The notes under the pieces: model-generated | What the model was told of the DNA's origin: nothing | What the model saw: the letters and a program-made list of their open reading frames with translations, nothing else | Databases searched by the model: none | Made by a program: the position numbers and the translations under genes | Shown here: piece by piece, positions 1 to 9,466 of the stretch | Position numbering within the stretch: position 1 is the first letter of the stretch | How the letters are laid out: each line of letters opens with the position of its first letter | NCBI GenBank assembly: GCA_964386955.1 | Contig: CAYLUV010000001.1 | Coordinates: 13,054-77,053 of the forward strand | Source: an uncultured Lachnospiraceae bacterium | GTDB lineage: Bacteria; Bacillota; Clostridia; Lachnospirales; Lachnospiraceae | DNA length: 64,000 bases | Direction: 5' to 3'

Positions 1-875
1 CTATCTTGTATTTATGCGGAAGGATCCGCATTGATGAAAATGATCACTACTCCATTATTGTACAGACAGAGAATGTGACAGTGGCAAGAAAAATCTACTC
101 CTTAGTGAGAAAGACTTTTCAGGCAAAAGCCGTTATCGCAGTGAAAAATGGGGAATATCTGAAGAAAACCAGAATCTATCGGGTAGCAATCAGCAATCAT
201 GAGGATGCCCAGCGCCTATTAAAAGCGGCGAAGATGATGGATGAGTACGGCAATGTCATAGATGATACCGTCGTGTGGAGCCGCAGTGTATTGCAGAGAA
301 ATTGCTGCAAGCGAGCCTTTCTTCGAGGAGCCTTTTTGTGTGCCGGTTCTATGAGTGATCCGGAGAAGAACTATCATTTTGAGATTGTTTGTAATGGAGA
401 AGAGAAAGCAGAACAAATCCAAAAGACCATGCAGGAATTTGGATTGGATGCAAAGATAATTTTACGAAAAAAGGCCTATGTGGTCTATTTGAAAGAGAGT
501 TCCAGTATCGTGGATACTTTGAATATTATGGAAGCCCCAGTGGCGTTGATGAAATTGGAAAATATCCGAATTTTGAAGGATATGAGAAATTCCGTAAATC
601 GTCGGGTAAACTGTGAGGCGGCCAATATTAATAAAACTGTGACAGCAGCACAAAAACAGATTGAGGATATTCAGTATATCAAGGAAGCAGGTGGATTTGG
701 TGATCTTACACCAAACCTTCTTGCAACAGCAGAACTACGACTGAAATATCCAGACAAAGCATTGAAAGAATTGGGAACTATGCTTAATCCGCCAGTGGGC
801 AAATCTGGCGTCAACCATAGATTAAGAAGATTGAGTGAAATAGCTGAGAAGCTCAGAGGCAAGAATGAGGTGTAA
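1..875 (+). CDS. whiA: DNA-binding regulator WhiA, 5'-truncated by the window edge
   Basis: The frame is open from the window edge (codons from nt 3) to TAA 873-875. The translation shows a WhiA-like degenerate LAGLIDADG core (AFLRGAFLCAGSMSDPEKNYHFEIV) and a C-terminal HTH (GKSGVNHRLRRLSEIAEKL). It is followed by crh, as in the B. subtilis yvcK-whiA-crh locus. Confidence 0.85.
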   Translation, partial: ILYLCGRIRIDENDHYSIIVQTENVTVARKIYSLVRKTFQAKAVIAVKNGEYLKKTRIYRVAISNHEDAQRLLKAAKMMDEYGNVIDDTVVWSRSVLQRNCCKRAFLRGAFLCAGSMSDPEKNYHFEIVCNGEEKAEQIQKTMQEFGLDAKIILRKKAYVVYLKESSSIVDTLNIMEAPVALMKLENIRILKDMRNSVNRRVNCEAANINKTVTAAQKQIEDIQYIKEAGGFGDLTPNLLATAELRLKYPDKALKELGTMLNPPVGKSGVNHRLRRLSEIAEKLRGKNEV

Positions 876-901
876 CTTGCCGTTAAAAGGAGGTTATTTA
901 G

Positions 902-1165
902 ATGATTACAAAGACTATGACAATTAATTTAGCATCCGGGTTAGAAGCAAGACCAGTGGCATTACTGGTTCAGATTGCAAGCCAGTATGAAAGCCACATT
1001 TATGTAGAAAGCGGTACAAAGAAGATCAACGCAAAGAGTATTATGGGAATGATGTCTTTAGGACTGGCAGCAGGTGAGGAGATTACCATCGTGGCAGAAG
1101 GCGAAGATGAAGGAAAAGCAGTATCTCATATTGAAGAATACTTAAGCGAGAAAAAGGCTTGCTAA
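902..1165 (+). CDS. crh: HPr-like phosphocarrier paralog of Crh type (Ser46 present, His15 absent)
   Basis: An 87-aa HPr-fold protein (SGLEARPV...INAKSIMGMMSLG). Position 15 is Glu (GAA 944-946) instead of the PTS His, and the regulatory Ser46 is kept. SD AAAGGAGG lies upstream. Synteny with whiA supports the call. Confidence 0.8.
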   Translation: MITKTMTINLASGLEARPVALLVQIASQYESHIYVESGTKKINAKSIMGMMSLGLAAGEEITIVAEGEDEGKAVSHIEEYLSEKKAC

Positions 1166-1195
1166 TTCTAGCTTACATAGAGTAGATAAAGGAAA

Positions 1196-1234
1196 AAACG
1201 GCGGTTTCTTATGAGGAGGAGCTGCCGTTTTTTG
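1196..1234 (+). terminator. Rho-independent terminator after crh
   Basis: Hairpin ACGGCGG (1198-1204) / CTGCCGT (1222-1228) with one G-U pair, followed by a T run to 1233. Confidence 0.6.
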
Positions 1235-1246
1235 TGGTATTTTTCG

Positions 1247-1276
1247 TTGACATTACAATAAAACCTGATATATACT
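1247..1276 (+). promoter_or_regulatory. Sigma-A-type promoter for leuS
   Basis: TTGACA at 1247-1252, then an 18-nt spacer to TATACT at 1271-1276 (or 17 nt to ATATAC). Confidence 0.5.
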
Positions 1277-1364
1277 AAATAGGTTAAGAAGTTGGATAAT
1301 GGATTGTCAAACTATTTGACCCTTTAATCAATAAAAAGATGACTCATACAAGGAGGAAATGATT

Positions 1365-3773
1365 ATGGCATCTTATAATCATAAAGCCATTGAACAGAAA
1401 TGGCGCAAGAATTGGGAAGAAAATCCAATCAACGTAAATGACGGCACAAAGCCAAAATATTACTGTCTTGATATGTTCCCATATCCATCAGGAAGTGGTC
1501 TTCATGTTGGACACTGGAGAGGATATGTAATCAGTGATGTATGGAGCAGATACAAAATGCTGCAGGGATACTACCTCATTCATCCAATGGGATGGGATGC
1601 ATTTGGTCTTCCAGCAGAAAACTATGCCATTAAGATGGGGGTTCATCCAGCCATTACAACAGAACAGAACATTTCCAATATCAAACGCCAGATCAACGAG
1701 ATCGCCGCGATCTATGACTGGGATATGGAAGTAAATACAACAGATCCAGAGTTCTACAAATGGACACAGTGGATTTTTGTAAAGATGTTCAAAGCAGGTC
1801 TTGCATACGAGAAAGAGATGCCAATCAACTGGTGTCCGGATTGTAAGACAGGTCTTGCAAATGAGGAAGTAGTAAACGGATGCTGTGAACGATGCGGCGC
1901 TCCTGTTACAAAGAAAAACTTAAAACAGTGGATGTTAAAGATCACAAAATACGCAGATCGCCTCTTAAATGATTTAGATAAACTTGACTGGCCAGAAAAA
2001 GTTAAGAAGATGCAGGCTGACTGGATTGGAAAGAGCTACGGTGCAGAAGTTGATTTCCCAGTGGAAGGAAGAGACGAGAAGATCACCGTATACACCACAA
2101 GACCAGATACTCTTCACGGTGCAACCTTTATGGTACTTGCTCCAGAACACGCGCTGGCAGCATCTTTAGCCACAGAGGAGAACAAGGAAGCGGTAGAAAA
2201 ATATATCTTTGATGCTTCTATGAAATCCAACGTAGACCGTCTTCAGGACAAAGAAAAAACAGGTGTATTTACAGGAACTTATGCCATCAACCCATTAAAC
2301 GGTGCAAAAGTACCTATCTGGTTATCTGACTATGTATTAGCAGATTATGGTACCGGTGCTATTATGTGTGTACCTGCTCATGACGATCGTGACTTTGAAT
2401 TTGCAACGAAGTTCAATATCCCTATCATTCAGGTTATCGCTAAGGACGGCGAAGCCATCGAAAATATGACAGAAGCCTACACAGATGCAGTGGGAACCAT
2501 GGTTAATTCCGGCGAATGGAATGGCATGGAATCATCTGTACTCAAGAAAGAAGCTCCAATGATGATCGAAGAGATGGGCATTGGACGTAAGACAGAGAAC
2601 TTCAAACTTCGTGACTGGGTATTCTCCCGTCAGCGTTACTGGGGAGAACCAATCCCTATCGTACACTGTCCAGACTGTGGCGCAGTGCCAGTACCAGAGG
2701 AAGAACTTCCATTACTTCTCCCAGAAGTAGAAGCATATCAGCCAACAGGAACTGGAGAATCTCCACTTGCTGACATTGACGAATGGGTAAATACTACATG
2801 TCCATGCTGTGGAAAACCAGCCAAGAGAGAGACAAACACCATGCCTCAGTGGGCGGGATCTTCTTGGTATTTCTTACGCTATGTAGACAGCAAGAACAAA
2901 GAAGCATTGGTATCCAAAGAAGCAGCAGAGAAATATCTGCCAGTAGATATGTATATCGGTGGTGTAGAACATGCCGTTCTTCACTTACTTTACTCTAGAT
3001 TCTACACCAAATTCTTATACGATATCGGTGTAGTAGACTTTGACGAACCATTCAAGAAACTCTTCAACCAGGGTATGATCACTGGTAAGAACGGTATCAA
3101 GATGAGTAAGTCCAAAGGAAACGTAGTATCTCCAGATGATCTTGTAAGAGACTACGGATGTGACTCTTTAAGACTCTACGAACTCTTCGTAGGACCACCA
3201 GAATTAGATTCTGAATGGGATGAAAGAGGCATTGACGGTGTATACCGTTTCTTAAACCGTTTCTGGAAATTGGTAACAGACAATGCAGAAAAGGATGCAG
3301 CACCATCCAAAGAAGCCACAAAACTTCGTCATAAGATGGTATATGACATCACAACACGTCTGGAATCTTTCAGCTTAAACACAGTAATCAGTGGTTTCAT
3401 GGAATACAACAACAAGTTCATCGAACTTTCCAAGAAACAGGCTATCGATAAAGAAACATTAAAGACCATGGCAATCTTAATTGCACCATTTGCTCCACAC
3501 GTAGGTGAGGAATTATGGGAGCAGTTAGGTGGAGAAGGAAGCGTATTCCATCAGACATGGCCAACTTATGATGAGAACGAGATGAAAGATGATGAAGTAG
3601 AAATCGCTGTTCAGGTAAACGGCAAGACAAAATGCACTATGAGCATTGCCGCTGATGCAGCAAAAGAAGATGTCATCGAACAGGCAAAAGCCCTTCTCGG
3701 AGACAAAATTACAGGCACAGTAAGAAAAGAAATCTATGTACCTGGCAGAATCGTAAATATTGTTGCCAAATAA
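1365..3773 (+). CDS. leuS: Leucine--tRNA ligase
   Basis: About 800 codons with class I aaRS HIGH-type (GSGLHVGHWRGY) and KMSKS (GIKMSKSKGN) motifs and LeuRS-like length and Zn-Cys pairs. SD AGGAGG 1351-1356 is 8 nt from ATG 1365 but only 2 nt from the ORF-track ATG 1359, so 1365 is preferred. Confidence 0.96.
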   Translation: MASYNHKAIEQKWRKNWEENPINVNDGTKPKYYCLDMFPYPSGSGLHVGHWRGYVISDVWSRYKMLQGYYLIHPMGWDAFGLPAENYAIKMGVHPAITTEQNISNIKRQINEIAAIYDWDMEVNTTDPEFYKWTQWIFVKMFKAGLAYEKEMPINWCPDCKTGLANEEVVNGCCERCGAPVTKKNLKQWMLKITKYADRLLNDLDKLDWPEKVKKMQADWIGKSYGAEVDFPVEGRDEKITVYTTRPDTLHGATFMVLAPEHALAASLATEENKEAVEKYIFDASMKSNVDRLQDKEKTGVFTGTYAINPLNGAKVPIWLSDYVLADYGTGAIMCVPAHDDRDFEFATKFNIPIIQVIAKDGEAIENMTEAYTDAVGTMVNSGEWNGMESSVLKKEAPMMIEEMGIGRKTENFKLRDWVFSRQRYWGEPIPIVHCPDCGAVPVPEEELPLLLPEVEAYQPTGTGESPLADIDEWVNTTCPCCGKPAKRETNTMPQWAGSSWYFLRYVDSKNKEALVSKEAAEKYLPVDMYIGGVEHAVLHLLYSRFYTKFLYDIGVVDFDEPFKKLFNQGMITGKNGIKMSKSKGNVVSPDDLVRDYGCDSLRLYELFVGPPELDSEWDERGIDGVYRFLNRFWKLVTDNAEKDAAPSKEATKLRHKMVYDITTRLESFSLNTVISGFMEYNNKFIELSKKQAIDKETLKTMAILIAPFAPHVGEELWEQLGGEGSVFHQTWPTYDENEMKDDEVEIAVQVNGKTKCTMSIAADAAKEDVIEQAKALLGDKITGTVRKEIYVPGRIVNIVAK

Positions 3774-3790
3774 GACGTGCAACTAAAAGT

Positions 3791-3834
3791 AGGACACAGT
3801 TTCCCACTAGTGGGAGGGACTGTGTCCTTTTTTT
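3791..3834 (+). terminator. Rho-independent terminator after leuS
   Basis: Perfect 10-bp stem AGGACACAGT (3791-3800) / ACTGTGTCCT (3819-3828), followed by T6. Confidence 0.8.
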
Positions 3835-3910
3835 GATGAAATATTTTCAAAAACATGGCTATAGTTGTCTGGAAATAAATAAAAATACATATAATTATCT
3901 GTAAGTTTTA

Positions 3911-3939
3911 TTGATGTATCCCTTGATGAGGGGTATAAT
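3911..3939 (+). promoter_or_regulatory. Sigma-A-type promoter for the Big_2 protein gene
   Basis: TTGATG 3911-3916, a 17-nt spacer, then TATAAT 3934-3939. This leaves a leader of about 130 nt before ATG 4079. Confidence 0.5.
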
Positions 3940-4078
3940 GAGGATATACTATTGTGATAATTGACAGGATATTTCTTAAAAATAATAGAGAAGGGGGAAG
4001 AGAGGAAATTTATGAAGAAATGCATGATAGATAATATCACAGCCAATTATAGGAACAATAAAGTGAAAGGAGGACGCG

Positions 4079-5932
4079 ATGAAAAAATATGTAAAAGGAA
4101 TGTTAGCGTTGTTGTTGATCTTGTGCATGGCATTGGGAAATACTAGCTTGACAGCAGTGGCGGCTGCTGCGGAGAGTGGAACAAACGGAAATATATGCAA
4201 AATAGAAGTAATGAAGATAGAACCATATATGAATAATCTTTTCGATACATCGGAAGAGTATAAATGTTACGATGGAAGTATTGATTTTATTTTAACCTAT
4301 GATGACGGGAAAACGGATACGATAAAGAGTCATAATTTTAGCAGTGCAACTTGGAAGAAAAATTCATGGTATGTCGGTCTTCGTTGGGTGAACGATACAT
4401 ATTTAGATAATATACGTGATCATGTAGCTGGTGCTTATCCTGCAGTATTGGAAGCATATCGTTACGTAAATGGTGAAAAAAAGGTATATGCTACTTCTGC
4501 ACCTTTTGATTTTACTGTTGCCAGTATGGAGGAAAATCTGAAAAAGGCAGGGAAGAATTATAGAGACCTTTCATATAATACAAAGACATCCGTTTCTGTA
4601 AAGATGAAAGAAGTGGATGATGGAACGGGTGGATTAAAAACAGTGTATCAGTCAACTTATTTAAAATTTGTAGCACAATATGATGGGTACCACGTTCTTC
4701 AGAATACAGATAAAATAAAAAGATCTGGTGATAAAGGGACAAATTGGTATGCGAATATCTATGTGGATGGTCAATATAAATATATGGAATGGGATGAAGA
4801 TGAGACATATGTAGTTGCAAAATTAAAAAAAGGACAGACTTGTTTCATTGAATTGCATGCCTACGACGAGAATGGTATCAAGTCCTACAATTTTATGCTG
4901 GGCTATTTTGGTGACACCAAGAAGCCAGTAGAAGAAACGAGAAGAATTCCTGTAACAGCGGTTACCTTAAATCAATCTGCTCTGGCAGTAAATATAGGTT
5001 CTAAAACCTTGCTATCTGCAGCATTGGCACCAACAAATGCAACAGATAAATCCGTAACATGGACAAGCAGTAATACAGATGTAGCAGCAGTTAGTCAAAG
5101 TGGTATGGTTTATGGCACTGGCAAAGGTACAGCAGTGATTACGGCCACGGCTCATAATGGAGTGAAGGCATCCTGTACAGTTACCGTATATCCTGTCTAT
5201 GCAAATGGTATTTTAATTAACAAGACAACAGCGGAAGTAAAAAAGGGAAAAACACTCAATTTGATTGCAATGGCAAGACCTGTGGGTGTCACAAATGGTG
5301 TTTTACAGTGGACGAGCAACAAGCCAGAGGTGGCATCTGTAGATGAAAATGGTAATGTAACCGGTATCAAAGGCGGTACCGCTTTCATTACAGCGGCAGC
5401 AACAGATGGAAGCGGACAAAAGGCAACCTGTAAGGTAACGGTAGTTGTTCCGACAACAAAAGTAACGGCAGCAAAGAAGACCGTGTATCTAGCTAAGGGA
5501 AAGAGCACAATGATTTCCACCATCGTTACGCCATTGGATTCCACAGACAAAGTGATATTTGCCACAAGTAATAATAAAATTGCTGCAGTAAATGCAAAGG
5601 GAAAGGTGACCGGAAAAGCGAAAGGCACAGCAATCATTACTGTCAAAGCAGGTAAAAAATCTGTGAAGGTAAAAGTAAAAGTCGATTCTGCAAAGAAAGT
5701 GACAAAATTGAAATTTACGAAGAAATCTATCACAGTAAAGACAGGAAAAGTTCAGTTCTTAGACTGGAGAGTCACACCAAGTACAGCGAATGCCGCATTA
5801 ACATGGAAAACGAGTAATAAGAAGGTTGTGGAAGTAAGTAATGGAAAGATTACCGCTAAGAAAGCTGGTATAGCAAAGATTACAGTATCCAGTGGAAAAG
5901 TGAAGGCAACTATCACGGTTCAAGTGAAATAA
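4079..5932 (+). CDS. Secreted/cell-surface protein with tandem bacterial Ig-like (Big_2) domains
   Basis: Signal peptide MKKYVKGMLALLLILCMALGNTSLTAVAAAAES. An N-terminal region of about 290 aa has no motif I recognise. It is followed by four to five Ig-like repeats of about 85 aa with the recurring pattern VTWTSSN..VA.V...G.V.G...GTA.ITA, and a Lys-rich C-terminus. SD GAAAGGAGG lies upstream. Confidence 0.8.
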   Translation: MKKYVKGMLALLLILCMALGNTSLTAVAAAAESGTNGNICKIEVMKIEPYMNNLFDTSEEYKCYDGSIDFILTYDDGKTDTIKSHNFSSATWKKNSWYVGLRWVNDTYLDNIRDHVAGAYPAVLEAYRYVNGEKKVYATSAPFDFTVASMEENLKKAGKNYRDLSYNTKTSVSVKMKEVDDGTGGLKTVYQSTYLKFVAQYDGYHVLQNTDKIKRSGDKGTNWYANIYVDGQYKYMEWDEDETYVVAKLKKGQTCFIELHAYDENGIKSYNFMLGYFGDTKKPVEETRRIPVTAVTLNQSALAVNIGSKTLLSAALAPTNATDKSVTWTSSNTDVAAVSQSGMVYGTGKGTAVITATAHNGVKASCTVTVYPVYANGILINKTTAEVKKGKTLNLIAMARPVGVTNGVLQWTSNKPEVASVDENGNVTGIKGGTAFITAAATDGSGQKATCKVTVVVPTTKVTAAKKTVYLAKGKSTMISTIVTPLDSTDKVIFATSNNKIAAVNAKGKVTGKAKGTAIITVKAGKKSVKVKVKVDSAKKVTKLKFTKKSITVKTGKVQFLDWRVTPSTANAALTWKTSNKKVVEVSNGKITAKKAGIAKITVSSGKVKATITVQVK

Positions 5933-5944
5933 TGAGAAATGTCA

Positions 5945-5983
5945 AAATAAAAATGCCGAATACTTCCCGAAGAAATACCCGAC
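5945..5983. terminator. Bidirectional hairpin terminator between the Big_2 gene (+) and tRNA-Thr (-)
   Basis: A 12-bp stem (with G-U pairs) within GCCGAATACTTCCCGAAGAAATACCCGAC (5955-5983). The A-rich run 5945-5953 gives a U tract on the minus strand downstream of the tRNA. The tract on the plus strand is weaker. Confidence 0.6.
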
Positions 5984-5992
5984 ATTTTACTA

Positions 5993-6065
5993 AGCTGAAA
6001 AAGGGACTTGAACCCTCGACCCCTTCATTACGAGTGAAGTGCTCTACCAACTGAGCTATTCCAGC
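5993..6065 (-). tRNA. tRNA-Thr (anticodon CGU)
   Basis: The reverse complement GCTGGAATAGCTCAGTTGGTAGAGCACTTCACTCGTAATGAAGGGGTCGAGGGTTCAAGTCCCTTTTTCAGCT folds by hand into a cloverleaf. It has a 7-bp acceptor stem, a GCTC/GAGC D arm, a CTTCA/TGAAG anticodon stem with loop CTCGTAA (anticodon CGT), a 5-nt variable loop and a T arm with TTCAAGT. CCA is not encoded. Confidence 0.93.
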
Positions 6066-6078
6066 AACTACTCTTCGT

Positions 6079-6107
6079 ATTTTACTACAGTCATTCTCGA
6101 ATTTCAA
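6079..6107 (-). promoter_or_regulatory. Sigma-A-type promoter for tRNA-Thr
   Basis: On the minus strand: TTGAAA (6107-6102), a 17-nt spacer, then TAAAAT (6084-6079), about 13 nt upstream of the mature tRNA 5' end. Confidence 0.5.
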
Positions 6108-6210
6108 GGAGAAAATGAAAAAATAGAAGAAACGGAGAATTTTTGACGGAAAAAAATAAAAAAGTTTTGTTAAACTATGTGAAAAATAAATAAAAGAGAA
6201 AAAAGTTAGG

Positions 6211-6248
6211 AAAAAATGAAATTTTCTTTTTTGAAAATTTCATTTTTT
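6211..6248. repeat. Perfect 16-bp inverted repeat (AT-rich) with a T6 loop, just upstream of the gdhA -35
   Basis: AAAAAATGAAATTTTC (6211-6226), TTTTTT, GAAAATTTCATTTTTT (6233-6248). The arms are exact reverse complements. Confidence 0.9.
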
Positions 6249-6250
6249 TC

Positions 6251-6279
6251 TTGCGTATTGAAAACAACTGTGATAGAAT
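6251..6279 (+). promoter_or_regulatory. Sigma-A-type promoter for gdhA (extended -10)
   Basis: TTGCGT 6251-6256, a 17-nt spacer, then TGaTAGAAT with TAGAAT at 6274-6279. Confidence 0.55.
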
Positions 6280-6318
6280 CCAAATAGAAAAAAGCAGTAC
6301 ACTAACTTAGTAAAGTGA

Positions 6319-7692
<1,374 letters not shown>

Positions 7693-7781
7693 AATTGATG
7701 CCGAGAGGCTGATGGAGATTGTTTTTCCGGTCTCCATGGGATTGATATCCTCTTTATAAGATATAAAAGTAAGTGTGGGAG

Positions 7782-7819
7782 AAGGACACGGCTTGTGAAA
7801 ACAGGTTCGTGTTCTTTTT
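7782..7819 (+). terminator. Rho-independent terminator after gdhA
   Basis: Stem AAGGACACG (7782-7790) / CGTGTTCTT (7808-7816) with an inner CTTGT-GAAA-ACAGG extension, followed by a T run to 7819. It lies inside the ORF-track 5' extension of ppx. Confidence 0.65.
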
Positions 7820-7827
7820 CATATCCA

Positions 7828-7856
7828 TTGAGTTTTTTTCTGCAATTTAGTACAAT
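7828..7856 (+). promoter_or_regulatory. Sigma-A-type promoter for ppx-ppk
   Basis: TTGAGT 7828-7833, a 17-nt spacer, then TACAAT 7851-7856. Confidence 0.45.
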
Positions 7857-7902
7857 AAAAGAAAACTGCAAAAGTGGAAGAAAAGCAGAAAGGAAGGACA
7901 GT

Positions 7903-9426
7903 TTGGCTTATTTTACATATGGAGCCATTGTGGTTGGCTCACAGGAAATTTCCTTAAAAATATATGAGATTTCAAAAGACAAGGGCATTCGACAGATTGA
8001 TTACGTTACCCAATATCTGGATATCAGTAAGGTGGCTTATGGGGGCGAGAAGATTAGTACGGAACAGGTAGAAAAAATCTGTGAGGTGCTGCTGGGATTT
8101 AAGAACAAATTGGCGGAATATCAGGTGAAAAAGGTGGAGTGCATGGCCACCAGTGCCATTCGCATTGTAAAGAATCGAGAGATGGTGGTGCATCAGATTA
8201 AGCTTCGTACAGGATTTGATTTGAAGGTGCCAAGCAATTCTGAAATGCGGCTTTTGATGTATAAGGGAATTACACTGAAGGGGGAATTTCATAAGCTGGT
8301 ACAAAAAAAGACAGCCATATTGGATATCGGTTCCAATACGGTGCAGATTTCCCTGTTTGACAAACAGGTACTTCACGTAACCCAGAATATTCGTATAGGG
8401 GCGTTGCGCACCCAAAATGCCCTTTCAGAGGTAGAAAAAAGCAGCTTGGAGTATGCCTCCATTATGGAGGAATACATCAACTATGAGATAAATACATTCC
8501 GGAGCATTTATTTGAAAGAAAAGGCCATCAAACATGTCATTGCCATTGGGGACAGTTCCCTTACCTGGGGAAAGATAGCACCGGAATTAAATATTACGGA
8601 GTATCTTACCAAGGAACAGGTAGATTACATCTACAAAAAACTCCGGCGCGCCACTTCCAAACAGCTTGCCATCGAGTACGGCATTAGCTATGAGGCAGCG
8701 AGACTGCTGATTCCTTCTATTATTATATATAAAATTTTCTTAAGCCAGTCCAAGGCAGATATGATTTGGCTTACCAAGACCAATCTCTGTGATGGTATGG
8801 CGGTGGATTTCGGAGAGCGAACAGAACAGTTGGTTCCGCTGCATGACTTTGACGAGGATATTGTGGCGGCAGCCAAAAATATGGCAAAACGGTACCGCTA
8901 CAATAAAGAACATACCAACTTTATTACCAAATTGGCGTTGGAGATTTTTGATCATACCAAGCGGTATCATGGACTTGGAAAGAGGGAACGCTTGCTTTTG
9001 CAGTTGGCCTGCATCCTTCACGAGTGCGGTAAATTTGTTAACATGAATGAACCGGGAATCAACGGCTACCAGCTCATTATGTCCACAGAGATTATTGGTC
9101 TTTCTCATCGAGAAAGAAAAATGCTGGCGCTGATTGTATATCACAACACGAAGGAGCTTCCAACCTATGAGGAGATGCATGCCGATGAGGCGGAGGAGTA
9201 TCTTTTGGTGGCAAAACTGACGGCGATTCTAAGGCTTTCCAATGTACTGGATCGAAGTCACACCCAGAAACTTGCCGGATGCAGTGTAAAACGAAAAGAA
9301 CATGAACTTTGGATCTGTTATGAGAGCAGTAAGGATATTACCCTGGAACGGAGTTTGCTAAAACCAAAGGCAGAATTTTTTGAGGAAATCTATGGACTTA
9401 AGATTCGACTGGGAAAAAGAGATTGA
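7903..9426 (+). CDS. ppx: Exopolyphosphatase / GppA-family phosphatase with C-terminal HD domain
   Basis: Ppx/GppA ASKHA-type N-terminus (GAIVVGSQEISLKIYE...ILDIGSNTVQISLF) and an HD-domain motif (LACILHECGKFVN). The TTG at 7903 follows SD AGGAAGGA and lies downstream of the gdhA terminator and a promoter. The ORF-track start at 7795 is therefore rejected. Confidence 0.85.
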   Translation: MAYFTYGAIVVGSQEISLKIYEISKDKGIRQIDYVTQYLDISKVAYGGEKISTEQVEKICEVLLGFKNKLAEYQVKKVECMATSAIRIVKNREMVVHQIKLRTGFDLKVPSNSEMRLLMYKGITLKGEFHKLVQKKTAILDIGSNTVQISLFDKQVLHVTQNIRIGALRTQNALSEVEKSSLEYASIMEEYINYEINTFRSIYLKEKAIKHVIAIGDSSLTWGKIAPELNITEYLTKEQVDYIYKKLRRATSKQLAIEYGISYEAARLLIPSIIIYKIFLSQSKADMIWLTKTNLCDGMAVDFGERTEQLVPLHDFDEDIVAAAKNMAKRYRYNKEHTNFITKLALEIFDHTKRYHGLGKRERLLLQLACILHECGKFVNMNEPGINGYQLIMSTEIIGLSHRERKMLALIVYHNTKELPTYEEMHADEAEEYLLVAKLTAILRLSNVLDRSHTQKLAGCSVKRKEHELWICYESSKDITLERSLLKPKAEFFEEIYGLKIRLGKRD

Positions 9427-9466
9427 TTCCCGGAAAACAGCGCAAGATATAAAGAGGATTTGAGAC

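Noticed and set aside
1277-1364. A possible T-box leader upstream of leuS, as is common in Firmicutes.
   Set aside because: Only about 85 nt lie between the predicted -10 and the start codon, which is too short for a T-box (usually over 200 nt). I see no T-box consensus (AGGGTGGNACCGCG-like) and no terminator/antiterminator pair.
4012-4146. A 45-codon uORF (MKKCMIDNITANY...) in the leader of the Big_2 gene, overlapping its start in another frame.
   Set aside because: There is no conservation evidence and the composition is typical of AT-rich leader sequence. It may be spurious and is not reported as a gene.
5197-5733. A 178-aa ORF antisense to the Big_2 protein gene.
   Set aside because: It lies entirely inside a well-supported sense gene. 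Its low-complexity Phe/Val/Thr-rich translation is the mirror of the Lys/Val/Thr-rich Ig repeats. It has no SD.
5913-6107. A 64-aa minus-strand ORF.
   Set aside because: It is fully explained by tRNA-Thr and its promoter, and the 'protein' is a translation of tRNA sequence.
6211-6248. The idea that the palindromes at 6211-6248 and 29328-29347 belong to one regulon, since both contain AAATGAAAT/ATTTCATTT half-sites.
   Set aside because: The half-site spacing differs greatly (14 nt against 2 nt), and the words are AT-rich low-information sequence, so coincidence is likely.
6108-6250. An A-rich stretch with recurring GAAAAAA/AAATGAAA words that superficially looks repeat-like or CRISPR-like.
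   Set aside because: There is no regular repeat-spacer periodicity and no repeat of 20 nt or more, apart from the single inverted repeat reported separately. It is low-complexity AT-rich promoter DNA.
7795-7902. The ORF-track 5' extensions of ppx (7795). The same applies to the G1PDH gene (31770), araB (33217), the 926-aa reductase (45909) and the enoate reductase (57386).
   Set aside because: The extensions overlap upstream genes, terminators or promoters and lack an SD. In each case a downstream in-frame start has a good SD and a family-typical N-terminus.
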